This document shows, piece by piece, positions 8,476-16,934 of a stretch of 32,000 bases of DNA. The stretch is from the NCBI RefSeq assembly GCF_000020025.1, contig NC_010628.1, positions 4,110,001 through 4,142,000 of the forward strand, given 5' to 3'. Position 1 is the stretch's first letter; each line of letters begins with the position of its first letter. The notes beneath the pieces are model-generated. The model searched no databases and had not been told where the DNA came from. It saw only the letters and a list, made by a program, of their open reading frames with translations. This DNA is from Nostoc punctiforme PCC 73102. GTDB taxonomy: Bacteria > Cyanobacteriota > Cyanobacteriia > Cyanobacteriales > Nostocaceae. The translations under genes were made by a program, and so were the position numbers.

Positions 8476-11400
8476 TTACTCCCACAACAATACACAGGGT
8501 AAGTCATTGTTTGCTAAACGTAACAGCTCGTAGCCAATGCCAGCAGTTCCTTGGAATAAACCAGGGTTAAATACGGAACTTGGCAAGTTAGCAAATAGTT
8601 GATAAGCTCCAGTTCGGTTGGCTCTAGCTACGACATTCGTCGCATTTTGGAGAGCAATTTGATGCCAATCGGAGCGATCGCAACGTTGAGCGCCCACTAA
8701 CAATACCTCAACTCTACCCATATTGCCACAGCAAAGATGATCGATGGCTTCTAAGCCAAAGTTCTCAGTGGTTCGCAATGCAATTTCAATTTCTTGCTGA
8801 ATTTCTGCTGTGTTCAAAATCTCCAAACTACCCAACCGCGCCAAGCCAATCCCGGCTGCACCATGACACCACTGGCTAGGAAAGGTAACTTTTCCTCCTG
8901 TTCGTTCTGCTTTGTGAGAAACTGGCCAGTTGCCCCTAGACTCAGAAAAGACAGTGCGTTCATACTCAATACCTTCTTGAGCAGCTGCCAAATAAGATTG
9001 ATCTTGGGTAACTGTGTAGAGTCGCAGCAGTGCATAGGCAATTCCTGCGGCTCCGTGAGAAAAACCTGCCAAGGGGATTTTACCAAGGGTTTGCCATGCT
9101 CTGGTTGCACCTGTCTCACTGTAGCGATAAGCTAGTAAATGTTGTCCGCAGGCGATCGCCTTCAGTAAAATATTTTCGTTACCTGTGGCTTGATAAAGGG
9201 ACAATAACCCTAAAATTGCTCCAGCAGATCCGCCAATGATATCCAATTTTTTATCCCCAGCAATCAGTTCTGATGTTATCCAACTGGCTAATGCTTGGGC
9301 ATCTTGTAATAGTGTTTCATCACCCAGAAATTGACTAATTTTCACTAAGGCATAGATCATCGAACCCAAGCCAGTTGCACCACCGATTCCTGCAAAGCTA
9401 GCCATTCGTTGCCGAGATTCTAAATCAAGGGTTTGGATTTGCTGACGCAAGGGTTGTAAACTTTTTAATGCCAACTCGTATGAGCGTGGATCGTCAGTTA
9501 TTTGAGCAAGTGCTGCAAAAAACAGAGCAATCCCACAACGTCCTTCATAAAAACTGTGGTCCAACACTTGCAACCGAAATCGCTCTGCTTCTGGCACCGA
9601 GACTAAGCCAATCCAGTTGATGCTACCATCAAAATCCATAATAGCTCTGGTTTCTAGTTGAGTAGCGATCGCTTGTGCTTCTGCAATCAGTTGTTCTGTG
9701 GTGAGTAATGGTAGTGACTCGGCTTGCCATTTCTCATGTTCTCCAGTTGAGGTTTGCGCTAACTGGGCATAAAAGGAACCTTGAATGATTGCTACTTGTC
9801 GAGCCAAGTCTGTTTCATCCATAGCCAGCAATTGAGCGAGAGTTTGTTGATAACTAGGTTGTTTGAAATACCCAGGAATTGAGAGATGCTCTCCTACACA
9901 CAACTCATCACTAGCAGCACTAGCACTAAAGTAAGGAATATCCAATTGTTCCATCGCTTGCACTTCTGCATTGAATATAGGCCAGGCATTCGGTTTTTCT
10001 TGAGCCACCAAAAATGCACGACTGAGTTGCTCTAGTTCAATACTGTAGTCAACGCCACACTTCAGATAATCCGGTGTTAATACTTTTTGCAAAATTGTCC
10101 CGTAGAGCCGAGTGTGGCGGAAGATAAAACGTACTTGCTGCTTCTGCATAACTCCTAGTGGACTATTGGGCGCTAGTAAAACTTGCTTGTGCGCCATCAA
10201 GAAGCGATACATCTGCTCGAACCCGGCAACAATTTGCGCCTGATAATCATGGGGAGATAAGACGGTATCACCTATGCGTGGGACATTCTTCTCTATAGGT
10301 AAAGTGACAGACTCATAGCGCAAGTACATATCATCGGTATTAATTAGCTGCCAACGAGGAACTTTCCGGGGTGACTGCTGGAGAGCTGTACTACCTAAGC
10401 CACTAATATCGTAAGCAACAGTGCGATCGCTACTCAAGTCCCAACGTGGCAAAAATCCTGTGCGGAGTACGGAGTTCCAAAACTGCTGCATCGCAATTGT
10501 TTCCCACTCTTGAGCATCGGGTGAATTTTCGATCGCCTTAGCTTCATGGTGTAACAAAGTTTCCATGTCAAGTAACACCAGATGTTCACCACTGGCAATT
10601 AAGTTTTCGTAGTGACAGTCTGTTCCCCGTAAAACATAAATCACACACAACAACATTCCAGCTCGTTGATAAAACCTGGCGGCGGCGGCTTCATCAACAC
10701 AGGGCTGATGCTCGACATATTCTACCCAACCGTAATCATCTCGGTTAATAACTTGGATCGCTTTGAAATCTAATAATTGGCTGTGGTGATTGCACCAAGT
10801 CAAAAAGTTGTTAAAAGCTGCTTCTAGTTTTAAATCTTTGGGTTTGTAGACAAGTTTTAACCCAGACTCAAAGGTAAGTAAAATAACGCCTCGTCCTCGC
10901 TTGTGAGGATCGGAAAGAGAGGTTTGAACAGCAGCAACTTTGTCTTTAGCTGATGTTGAGCCAAAAATTTGTTGAATGTCTTTTGTGTCGTGAGCTAGGC
11001 GTTCGATAAATTCGCCAGTGGACTCTACCCAAAAATTTACCGTCGTTGCCACTAACCGACCAAGGACGGGATACTTTTGAAAGAATGTCAGCAATCCATC
11101 TTGCAGGAGTTGATTGACAAATTTTGTGTACTGTGTATTATTGCCGCTCTTTGTTTTCAGTTCCAACAAATTAAGCAAGTTCCTACCAAACGAGCGTACC
11201 TGGGAAAATTCCAAATCCAGTGTCTTACTACAAAGTCTTGCTAATTGTTGTAGCAAACTGCGTTCCAAAGAGCGGTAAGCTGCTTCTGTAAAAATCGATA
11301 ACGGAAGAGAGTCGTGTGTAAGTTGCACAAAACCTAGGCGAGACAATAATTGCTCTCTAGCAACCTGAATAGCTGGTAACAGAAGGTCTTCAAAAGGGAT

Positions 11401-11793
11401 AGAATTTTGTGATTCGATTGGTAAAAATGCTTCTCTTACTGGGATAAATTCTTTAGCAGTTTGGATGATTTGCCCCAAAGTTTCTGCCCAGTCTGGCAAT
11501 AATTGCTTGGCAAGCCGCACACTTCCTAATCGGGGACGAATGCTATCAAGCTCTAACCCATCCCACTGTAAGCGTTTATGCAACATATCCCAACTGCCTT
11601 GTGCCACAACTTGACCCCAGCGATCAATCCTATGGTTAATTTCCTGTTCATGGATGCGATCGCCATCCATGACAAATTGTTCTGTCTGGAGGCGTTCCCC
11701 AAGAAAGCTGGCATTGGCAACGATAATTGCTAGGTCGTGTGGTGTAATCTGCTGAGATGGAACAAGCTGTTGGGTTATGGCTAAATTCTTCAT
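8476..11793 (-). CDS. lanM: Class II lanthipeptide synthetase (LanM), ProcM-like CCG subtype
   Basis: The N-terminal dehydratase (DUF4135-type) blocks are YKPKDLKLEAAFNNFL and DCHYENLIASGEHLVLLDMETL. The C-terminal LanC-like cyclase motifs are SHGAAGIAYAL, WCHGAAGIG and HLCCGNMG. The start is placed at ATG 11793 (MKNLAITQQ...), because the upstream extension to 11871 looks non-coding. Confidence 0.9.
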   Translation of the reverse strand: MKNLAITQQLVPSQQITPHDLAIIVANASFLGERLQTEQFVMDGDRIHEQEINHRIDRWGQVVAQGSWDMLHKRLQWDGLELDSIRPRLGSVRLAKQLLPDWAETLGQIIQTAKEFIPVREAFLPIESQNSIPFEDLLLPAIQVAREQLLSRLGFVQLTHDSLPLSIFTEAAYRSLERSLLQQLARLCSKTLDLEFSQVRSFGRNLLNLLELKTKSGNNTQYTKFVNQLLQDGLLTFFQKYPVLGRLVATTVNFWVESTGEFIERLAHDTKDIQQIFGSTSAKDKVAAVQTSLSDPHKRGRGVILLTFESGLKLVYKPKDLKLEAAFNNFLTWCNHHSQLLDFKAIQVINRDDYGWVEYVEHQPCVDEAAAARFYQRAGMLLCVIYVLRGTDCHYENLIASGEHLVLLDMETLLHHEAKAIENSPDAQEWETIAMQQFWNSVLRTGFLPRWDLSSDRTVAYDISGLGSTALQQSPRKVPRWQLINTDDMYLRYESVTLPIEKNVPRIGDTVLSPHDYQAQIVAGFEQMYRFLMAHKQVLLAPNSPLGVMQKQQVRFIFRHTRLYGTILQKVLTPDYLKCGVDYSIELEQLSRAFLVAQEKPNAWPIFNAEVQAMEQLDIPYFSASAASDELCVGEHLSIPGYFKQPSYQQTLAQLLAMDETDLARQVAIIQGSFYAQLAQTSTGEHEKWQAESLPLLTTEQLIAEAQAIATQLETRAIMDFDGSINWIGLVSVPEAERFRLQVLDHSFYEGRCGIALFFAALAQITDDPRSYELALKSLQPLRQQIQTLDLESRQRMASFAGIGGATGLGSMIYALVKISQFLGDETLLQDAQALASWITSELIAGDKKLDIIGGSAGAILGLLSLYQATGNENILLKAIACGQHLLAYRYSETGATRAWQTLGKIPLAGFSHGAAGIAYALLRLYTVTQDQSYLAAAQEGIEYERTVFSESRGNWPVSHKAERTGGKVTFPSQWCHGAAGIGLARLGSLEILNTAEIQQEIEIALRTTENFGLEAIDHLCCGNMGRVEVLLVGAQRCDRSDWHQIALQNATNVVARANRTGAYQLFANLPSSVFNPGLFQGTAGIGYELLRLANNDLPCVLLWE

Positions 11794-11961
11794 GGTAGTA
11801 GCTAAACAGGAGCAGAAACAATTTGAGTGGACGCTATATTTGTGGGAATAAATACTAATAGCCTGAAACAAACCTTAAGTTTAAATATCAATAAATACTT
11901 GCCATATATATATAATAAGTAAGTTGGCACAATCAGAACAAACTAGACTAGAATCCTTATG

Positions 11962-11985
11962 CCTATTTCCTATTTCCTATTGCCT
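11962..11985. repeat. Heptamer tandem repeat (CCTATTT/CCTATTG), inverted relative to 8263..8299
   Basis: Read directly: CCTATTTCCTATTTCCTATTGCCTTA. Confidence 0.7.
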
Positions 11986-12140
11986 TATCCCAACGACAAT
12001 TATTTACGCCCACTTATTTAGATGCATATAAATGTAATCCCCCCAGCCCCTCTTGCAGAGAGTAAGGAAGGGGAGATATGTTACTAAGCACCACTATTTA
12101 TTAAGTCCTGGTGCAAGGTATCAAAATTGCCTAATTTTAC

Positions 12141-12422
12141 CTAGGCGCAACCTGCTGTACAATGCCAGTCAATATCCTTATTGGTATGATTAGCAGACAT
12201 CATAGCTCCACTAACACTGAGTAATTCCTCTTCACTCAACTCGTAGGATTCTACAGAATTTAAATCTGTCAGTATTTGAGAGATAGCTTCAGTTGTGAAG
12301 TTGTAGCCCTTTTCTGCACCCGCAGCCATAATCAATTTGATGGATTCTGCTAGGTTAGTTGCTTCTTCAATCTTTTGTTGCAGTTGAGCATTTGACAGTA
12401 GTTCTTTGATTTGTGATAACAT
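12141..12422 (-). CDS. lanA: Lanthipeptide precursor with a Nif11-type leader (prochlorosin-like). Predicted core: MMSANHTNKDIDWHCTAGCA
   Basis: The leader MLSQIKELLSNAQLQQKIEEATNLAESIKLIMAAGAEKGYNFTTEAISQ...ELSEEELLSVSGA fits the Nif11 leader pattern. It has a double-glycine-type cleavage motif (E-8, L-7, V-4, G-2, A-1). The core has 2 Cys and 3 Ser/Thr. A strong SD lies upstream. Confidence 0.85.
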   Translation of the reverse strand: MLSQIKELLSNAQLQQKIEEATNLAESIKLIMAAGAEKGYNFTTEAISQILTDLNSVESYELSEEELLSVSGAMMSANHTNKDIDWHCTAGCA

Positions 12423-12430
12423 AAAATTTT

Positions 12431-12435
12431 CCTCC
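12431..12435 (-). promoter_or_regulatory. Shine-Dalgarno GGAGG, 8 nt upstream of the lanA ATG
   Basis: The minus strand reads GGAGGAAAATTTTATG. Confidence 0.6.
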
Positions 12436-12938
12436 GTTCTTGTTGATTTAGTATTTAGCTACATTTGATTTGATTTAGACAGTTCCAGCAGGGAATTTGC
12501 ATTTGTCCGGTGCAGCTTTCTCTGCTGAACTGGTTTTAATGTAGAGATAAATCGGGGAGAACTAGGGGAGATAATTTAGAAAATGTTTGAAAAGTTGAAG
12601 AGAAGCAAAAATCATGCAAGCCGCACGATCATAATACTTATCATTGCAATATAAATAAAAGTGGCGTTGCGGAATCATTGAATGATTTCGCCCAATTAAG
12701 AACTAATTTTCAATGGTTTTGACTGCCAATTCACCGCGCAAGCAAATTTTTGTAAGACACCGATATTGAAAACATCCAACTAACATCTGTCAAAATATTA
12801 GAGGTCGTTCTATCAAAGGCCAAAATCTTGCTGAGGAAAATGTATTTCTAATTATTCTCGAATTCAATCAGAAGAATCTACCAATCTAGTATACTGCGGA
12901 GCAAGTTTGCCTATCTTTAACCGGTTGCTCAGAGCAAC

Positions 12939-13712
12939 TTATTTTCCTTTAAGGTAGAGGAACTGATTGATCGTATTTACAATGATTTGGCACTGCTGGC
13001 GTGAGCGAGTGGGTGCTGATAGAGAAATTGGTTTAGCTGATATCAATTCCAGTTGTACTAAATACCACGGAATTCGAGTCTTTATGGGTATATGAATCAC
13101 TTGAGCTTGCTGAACTGAAGTTAGCTCTTTTTGTGTGGTAAATGTACCAAACAATTGGTAGCGTTTCTCTAACGTCATCTGCCCTGAGATTTTGTCAAAA
13201 TCACACAAGATTTGCATTGGTATTGTTAGAGACTGCAAAATGACTCCAATTCCAGGCAAAAAGAATACAACTCCATTAAAAAATCCTGCCCAACGATCGT
13301 CCTGTTGAATTTCTAGCCCAGGTTGTTGAGGGTTATGGATGAAAGCGTTGATTTTGTCTGCAATTTGCCTGTGTTTTTCGCTCACAGTTACTCCGTAGTT
13401 AACTAATTTTACCTCGTGAATATTAGAAGTATGCAGGACAACTCCAGTCCCATGTGTTGTCTTGACATAGGCTGCCGTTAGCTTCCCAGGAATTAAGGTT
13501 GTCTGTGTTCTTAGTAAGCCGACAGTTGTTTGTTGACAGCTCATTTGGGCAGGCTTAATTCGCTGACATTTCAATGTAGTGACATTGCCTGTCACAATAG
13601 CTATCCCCAATCCAACTGTCACAAAAGGAATACCAAATAATACTCCCCAGAGCCATTGTTCATCGTGACCTTGAAGTTTTAATCTAGTCGATGTTTGCTC
13701 AATAATATTCAT
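12939..13712 (-). CDS. Hypothetical membrane protein with an apparent internal duplication (two TM-plus-small-domain modules)
   Basis: There are two hydrophobic segments (WLWGVLFGIPFVTVGLGIAIV and FFNGVVFFLPGIGVIL). Each is followed by ~100 aa ending in a similar helix (IADKINAFI / IIVNTINQFL). No family was recognised. Confidence 0.5.
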   Translation of the reverse strand: MNIIEQTSTRLKLQGHDEQWLWGVLFGIPFVTVGLGIAIVTGNVTTLKCQRIKPAQMSCQQTTVGLLRTQTTLIPGKLTAAYVKTTHGTGVVLHTSNIHEVKLVNYGVTVSEKHRQIADKINAFIHNPQQPGLEIQQDDRWAGFFNGVVFFLPGIGVILQSLTIPMQILCDFDKISGQMTLEKRYQLFGTFTTQKELTSVQQAQVIHIPIKTRIPWYLVQLELISAKPISLSAPTRSRQQCQIIVNTINQFLYLKGK

Positions 13713-13856
13713 TTGATAACAAATCTAGCTAATACCCGTGACAAATCACCAGGTTTAAAGTTCCCCTCAGTAGGTTGCCGATTTTGGTAGGCTGGTTCCA
13801 GATAAAGATATTTACAATAAATATTTGTGAATTGGGTATGAGGTTGAATTGCCCAG

Positions 13857-14297
13857 TCAAAAATACAGGCTCCAGTTAATAATGGCAAGGGAAAAATCTC
13901 TATTTTGCACCTCGGAATGACTAAAATCAGCATCAGTTAAGTTCGCTTTTCTAAAAGATGTTCCAGGATTGCTCTGAATAGATTGAATTATCCATTTGAA
14001 AATACGAAAGGTGATGATTGTAGAAATGACCATCAGCAGTAAAAGGAAAAATCCCTGGACACTGCTTCCATCACTGAAACTAGAAGTGCTAATCATGGCA
14101 AGCCCAACCGTAAAACTGCTCATTACCGCAAACAGTATAGTAATGACTCCAATACCTAAGAAATTTGTGACTTCTGGAAAGTTGGAAGTAATACTATCTT
14201 GGATAAATATCTGGAATATTAGAGCCAATAGCGGCATAGAACCCAAAAAGAAGTTAAATATTTTATCAAAGCGATCGCTAAATAAGACACTTGACAT
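13857..14297 (-). CDS. Hypothetical 3-TM membrane protein with a short pentapeptide-repeat-like C-terminal stub
   Basis: Three hydrophobic stretches are followed by RKANLTDADFSHSEVQNRDFS. The tail is too short for a normal pentapeptide-repeat domain, so the gene may be truncated. Confidence 0.4.
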   Translation of the reverse strand: MSSVLFSDRFDKIFNFFLGSMPLLALIFQIFIQDSITSNFPEVTNFLGIGVITILFAVMSSFTVGLAMISTSSFSDGSSVQGFFLLLLMVISTIITFRIFKWIIQSIQSNPGTSFRKANLTDADFSHSEVQNRDFSLAIINWSLYF

Positions 14298-14385
14298 CTG
14301 GCCTACAATCCAGGGCTATTTCATTCTAAATGTAGACGCGATATGGTAAGATGCAGCGCCAGTTCTACTTCAAGCATCTATTACC

Positions 14386-14460
14386 GTGTCTGAAATCGAA
14401 ATTATCAAAGCTTTTGCAGGTCTAAAAGACCCCCGTCAACATGAGCGCCTCGAAATATAA
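14386..14460 (+). pseudogene. Possible relic of an ISAs1-family transposase N-terminus (24 codons)
   Basis: It translates to VSEIEIIKAFAGLKDPRQHERLEI*. The xxFxxLxDPR pattern resembles the N-terminal domain associated with ISAs1 DDE transposases. It is followed by a palindromic repeat, GGACGGGCAAGATGCCCATCC. Confidence 0.25.
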
Positions 14461-14585
14461 AGGACGGGCAAGATGCCCATCCCACAAAACAAACAAAATC
14501 ATCCCGCAAATATGCAACGCCAAATGTTTCTATCAATCAACAGGTTGTCCTTGGTATGCTGAGATGCGTCTAAATTATATAAATC

Positions 14586-14630
14586 GTTGATGGTTGACGG
14601 TTGACAGTCATCAGTCAACAGTCATCAGTT
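14586..14630. repeat. STRR-type heptamer repeat (TTGATGG TTGACGG TTGACAG TCATCAG TCAACAG TCATCAG)
   Basis: Read directly. It ends 16 nt before the ATG at 14647. Confidence 0.8.
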
Positions 14631-14646
14631 AAATGCGTAATAGTTT

Positions 14647-15867
14647 ATGATAGCGGCAATTCGGCAAAAAATTCGTAGTGCTTACGCGGATAATCCACAC
14701 TTAGCACTATGTCACTGGTTTCATGAGTTCGACAATTATGTGGATAGTGACAACTTTGCAGTGTGTGAAGGATTACTTAGCGAAATCTGCAAGGAAGCTT
14801 ATCCTCCACTTGCTGCAAAAGAACAAGCTTATGTAGATAGTCGTGAAGGTGTCCTGTGGCTAAAAAAAGGCATTGAGCATCATAAACAGAGTCGCTTTGA
14901 AGAAGCGCAAAATTACTACCAAAAGAGTCTAAAAATTCAGCAGCGTGTCCAATGCAGAGATGCTCAAACTAATGTGAAGGTATTTCAAAGTGTGTTGGCA
15001 GAGGATTGTCTGAATGGCACACCATCGTACCTAAAATTAGACAGTTTTGCTCAAGAGTTGCATGTGCTAGGAGGTAGTGAATCGCTGTTGTGCGATCGCC
15101 TCAGCACATCTACCACACCAGAGGAGCGTTCTCAAATCCTGTTTGCAGCCGTGCAAGCTCGTCTGACTAAGCCACTTGTACAAGCCTTTAGATCGCCAGA
15201 CGAGCAGACGCGGATGATGGGTATAGCAGGATTAGGACGTTTTAAACAAATCAATGAGACGCAAGTTCTTCTAGAAGGTTTGTACGACTCTAACTGGTTT
15301 GTGCGTTGGCGAGCTGCTGAAGCACTGGCACACCAAATAGTTATCTGTTCAGCCTGTAATAGTGAAAACCCAATTGGGATAAAGTCTTGTCAAGCCTGTC
15401 CAGCAGATATCAACTTACCTGAAGTTACTACAGACTTATTTATTCAAAAATTATGTGCAGTGCTAGATCGAGAAACATCTCCAGATGTCCGCCGGGTACT
15501 GGTGATGCTGTTGGGACAAACAAACAACACTGGTGTAACTCTAACATTGCTAGCAGCACTCGACGATTCCGATGCAGATGTAAGGATTGCTGTGATTGAA
15601 GCATTGGGAAAAATTGGTGTTCCCTCTGGTACAATCGAGAAGCTTCGGAATGTAAGTGATGGCAAAAGCTTATTAGGCGGTAGCATCAAGGAGACGTTGG
15701 AAAAAATTATCGGCACGATCGCAGACCAGTCACTTCGTTCCGAAACGGCGATAGCCACGTACATCGTTTCTCAAGATGGAGATGGCGATTATGGCACCAT
15801 TAGTAAGGCGATCGCCAGTGTGCCACCAGGCAGCCGTATCCTTGTGCAGCCTGGTTTATACAACTAA
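14647..15867 (+). CDS. TPR-like/HEAT-repeat protein with an internal zinc ribbon; N-terminal part of a gene interrupted by an in-frame TAA
   Basis: PBS-lyase-type HEAT repeats are present (LYDSNWFVRWRAAEALAHQ, LDDSDADVRIAVIEALGKIG), as is a CxxC-x11-CxxC zinc ribbon (ICSACNSENPIGIKSCQACP). It ends ...DGDGDYGTISKAIASVPPGSRILVQPGLYN*, which is the usual first strand of a beta-helix domain. Confidence 0.75.
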   Translation: MIAAIRQKIRSAYADNPHLALCHWFHEFDNYVDSDNFAVCEGLLSEICKEAYPPLAAKEQAYVDSREGVLWLKKGIEHHKQSRFEEAQNYYQKSLKIQQRVQCRDAQTNVKVFQSVLAEDCLNGTPSYLKLDSFAQELHVLGGSESLLCDRLSTSTTPEERSQILFAAVQARLTKPLVQAFRSPDEQTRMMGIAGLGRFKQINETQVLLEGLYDSNWFVRWRAAEALAHQIVICSACNSENPIGIKSCQACPADINLPEVTTDLFIQKLCAVLDRETSPDVRRVLVMLLGQTNNTGVTLTLLAALDDSDADVRIAVIEALGKIGVPSGTIEKLRNVSDGKSLLGGSIKETLEKIIGTIADQSLRSETAIATYIVSQDGDGDYGTISKAIASVPPGSRILVQPGLYN

Positions 15868-15957
15868 GGACTAATTATCAATAAGCCACTAGAAATTATT
15901 GGTGCAGGTCCGATTACAGATATTATTATCGAGAGTCATAGCTCCAGTTGTATTTTA

Positions 15958-16770
15958 ATGCAGACGAAATACGCTCTCGTGCGTGGCTTTACATTGCATG
16001 GAAAAGCGGAAAAATGCTACGTGGTAGATATTCCCCAAGGACAGATCGTCTTAGAGGATTGCGACATTACTAGTGATTATCTTTCTTGCGTGGCCATTCA
16101 TGGTTATACAGCCAATCCTGTTATCCGTCGCTGTCAAATTCACGATGGCAAAAACAGTGGTATTTATTGTTGGGAAAATAGCCAAGGGATAGTCGAAGAC
16201 TGCGATATTAGAAACAATGCCACAGGTGAGGTGACAATTGAACAGGGAGCTAATCCGACGATTCGCCATTGTCGTATCTATGATGGTAAACAGTGCGGCA
16301 TTCTGATCCGCGATCGGGGTCGAGGAACGGTAGAAAATTGTGAGATTTTTGGTAATAGCTTCGCAGGAATAGAAATTAATACGGGATCTGACCCGAAAAT
16401 TCACAAATGTCGCATTTACGCTAGTAAGGCGAATGGTGTCTCTGTTTATCAGCAAGGACGAGGCACTATTTTTGATTGTCAAATTTTTGATAATGCAAAT
16501 GCGGGGGTGGCAATTGCAAAAGCTGCCGACCCCACAATTTACCAATGCCTAATTAATCAGAATCAATATCAGGCAGTTTGGGTATATGACAATGGTGCAG
16601 GTAGAGCAGAAAATTGTGATTTAACTCGCAATGGTGATGGTGCATGGAACATTGGTGCCAACTGTGAGGTATACCGTAGGGTAATCAAGAATAAAAACGA
16701 ATTAGTTCAGGACTTACGCAAAATCACGGAAAAACGAACCGCAAAGGACGCAAAGGACACAAAGGAATAA
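15958..16770 (+). CDS. Right-handed parallel beta-helix (PbH1/CASH repeat) protein; C-terminal part of the same interrupted gene
   Basis: It is in the same frame as 14647..15867, and the frame is open from 15868 (GLIINKPLEIIGAGPITDIII...). Repeats of about 23 aa follow the pattern C.I.dn...GI.......I..C.I. The last ~25 codons are encoded by a dispersed repeat element. Confidence 0.75.
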   Translation: MQTKYALVRGFTLHGKAEKCYVVDIPQGQIVLEDCDITSDYLSCVAIHGYTANPVIRRCQIHDGKNSGIYCWENSQGIVEDCDIRNNATGEVTIEQGANPTIRHCRIYDGKQCGILIRDRGRGTVENCEIFGNSFAGIEINTGSDPKIHKCRIYASKANGVSVYQQGRGTIFDCQIFDNANAGVAIAKAADPTIYQCLINQNQYQAVWVYDNGAGRAENCDLTRNGDGAWNIGANCEVYRRVIKNKNELVQDLRKITEKRTAKDAKDTKE

Positions 16771-16796
16771 GGTTTCAGAGAGTTATTGCGTAAGTC
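16711..16796. repeat. MITE-like small element: 11-bp terminal inverted repeats (GACTTACGCAA / TTGCGTAAGTC) flanking dispersed-repeat copy 2
   Basis: The inverted repeats were read directly. The core at 16728..16767 matches 8381..8420. The element supplies the stop codon of the beta-helix ORF. Confidence 0.5.
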
Positions 16797-16934
16797 TTAT
16801 AGTTAACAAAGTTTAGTGCTTTAATTCGGCTACCTAACGACGGCAGAACGTTTTGGGTCGGGGTCTAAATCCCCGTCACAAAACTTAATTACGTTAGCGT
16901 AGCGGGGCGCAGCCCATTACGAATTACGAATTAT

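Noticed and set aside
8327-8533. 68-aa Lys/Glu-rich ORF
   Set aside because: It is a translation of an A-rich tract plus a dispersed repeat. It also overlaps the 3' end of lanM on the opposite strand.
8794-9239. ORFs of 69-113 aa inside or antisense to lanM. Similar internal ORFs occur within pgm, the proteases, the AAA ATPase, the T4CP and the VirB4-like gene.
   Set aside because: They are fully nested in much longer ORFs that have clear family motifs, and their composition is typical of out-of-frame or antisense reading.
13709-13933. 74-aa ORF overlapping the ends of two membrane-protein genes
   Set aside because: It overlaps the 146-aa ORF by 77 nt in another frame and has no recognisable features. 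It might reflect a frameshifted remnant, but I could not demonstrate continuity.
16051-16545. 164-aa antisense ORF within the beta-helix gene
   Set aside because: The repetitive sense sequence keeps the antisense frame open by chance. It has no recognisable motifs, whereas the sense strand has regular PbH1 repeats.
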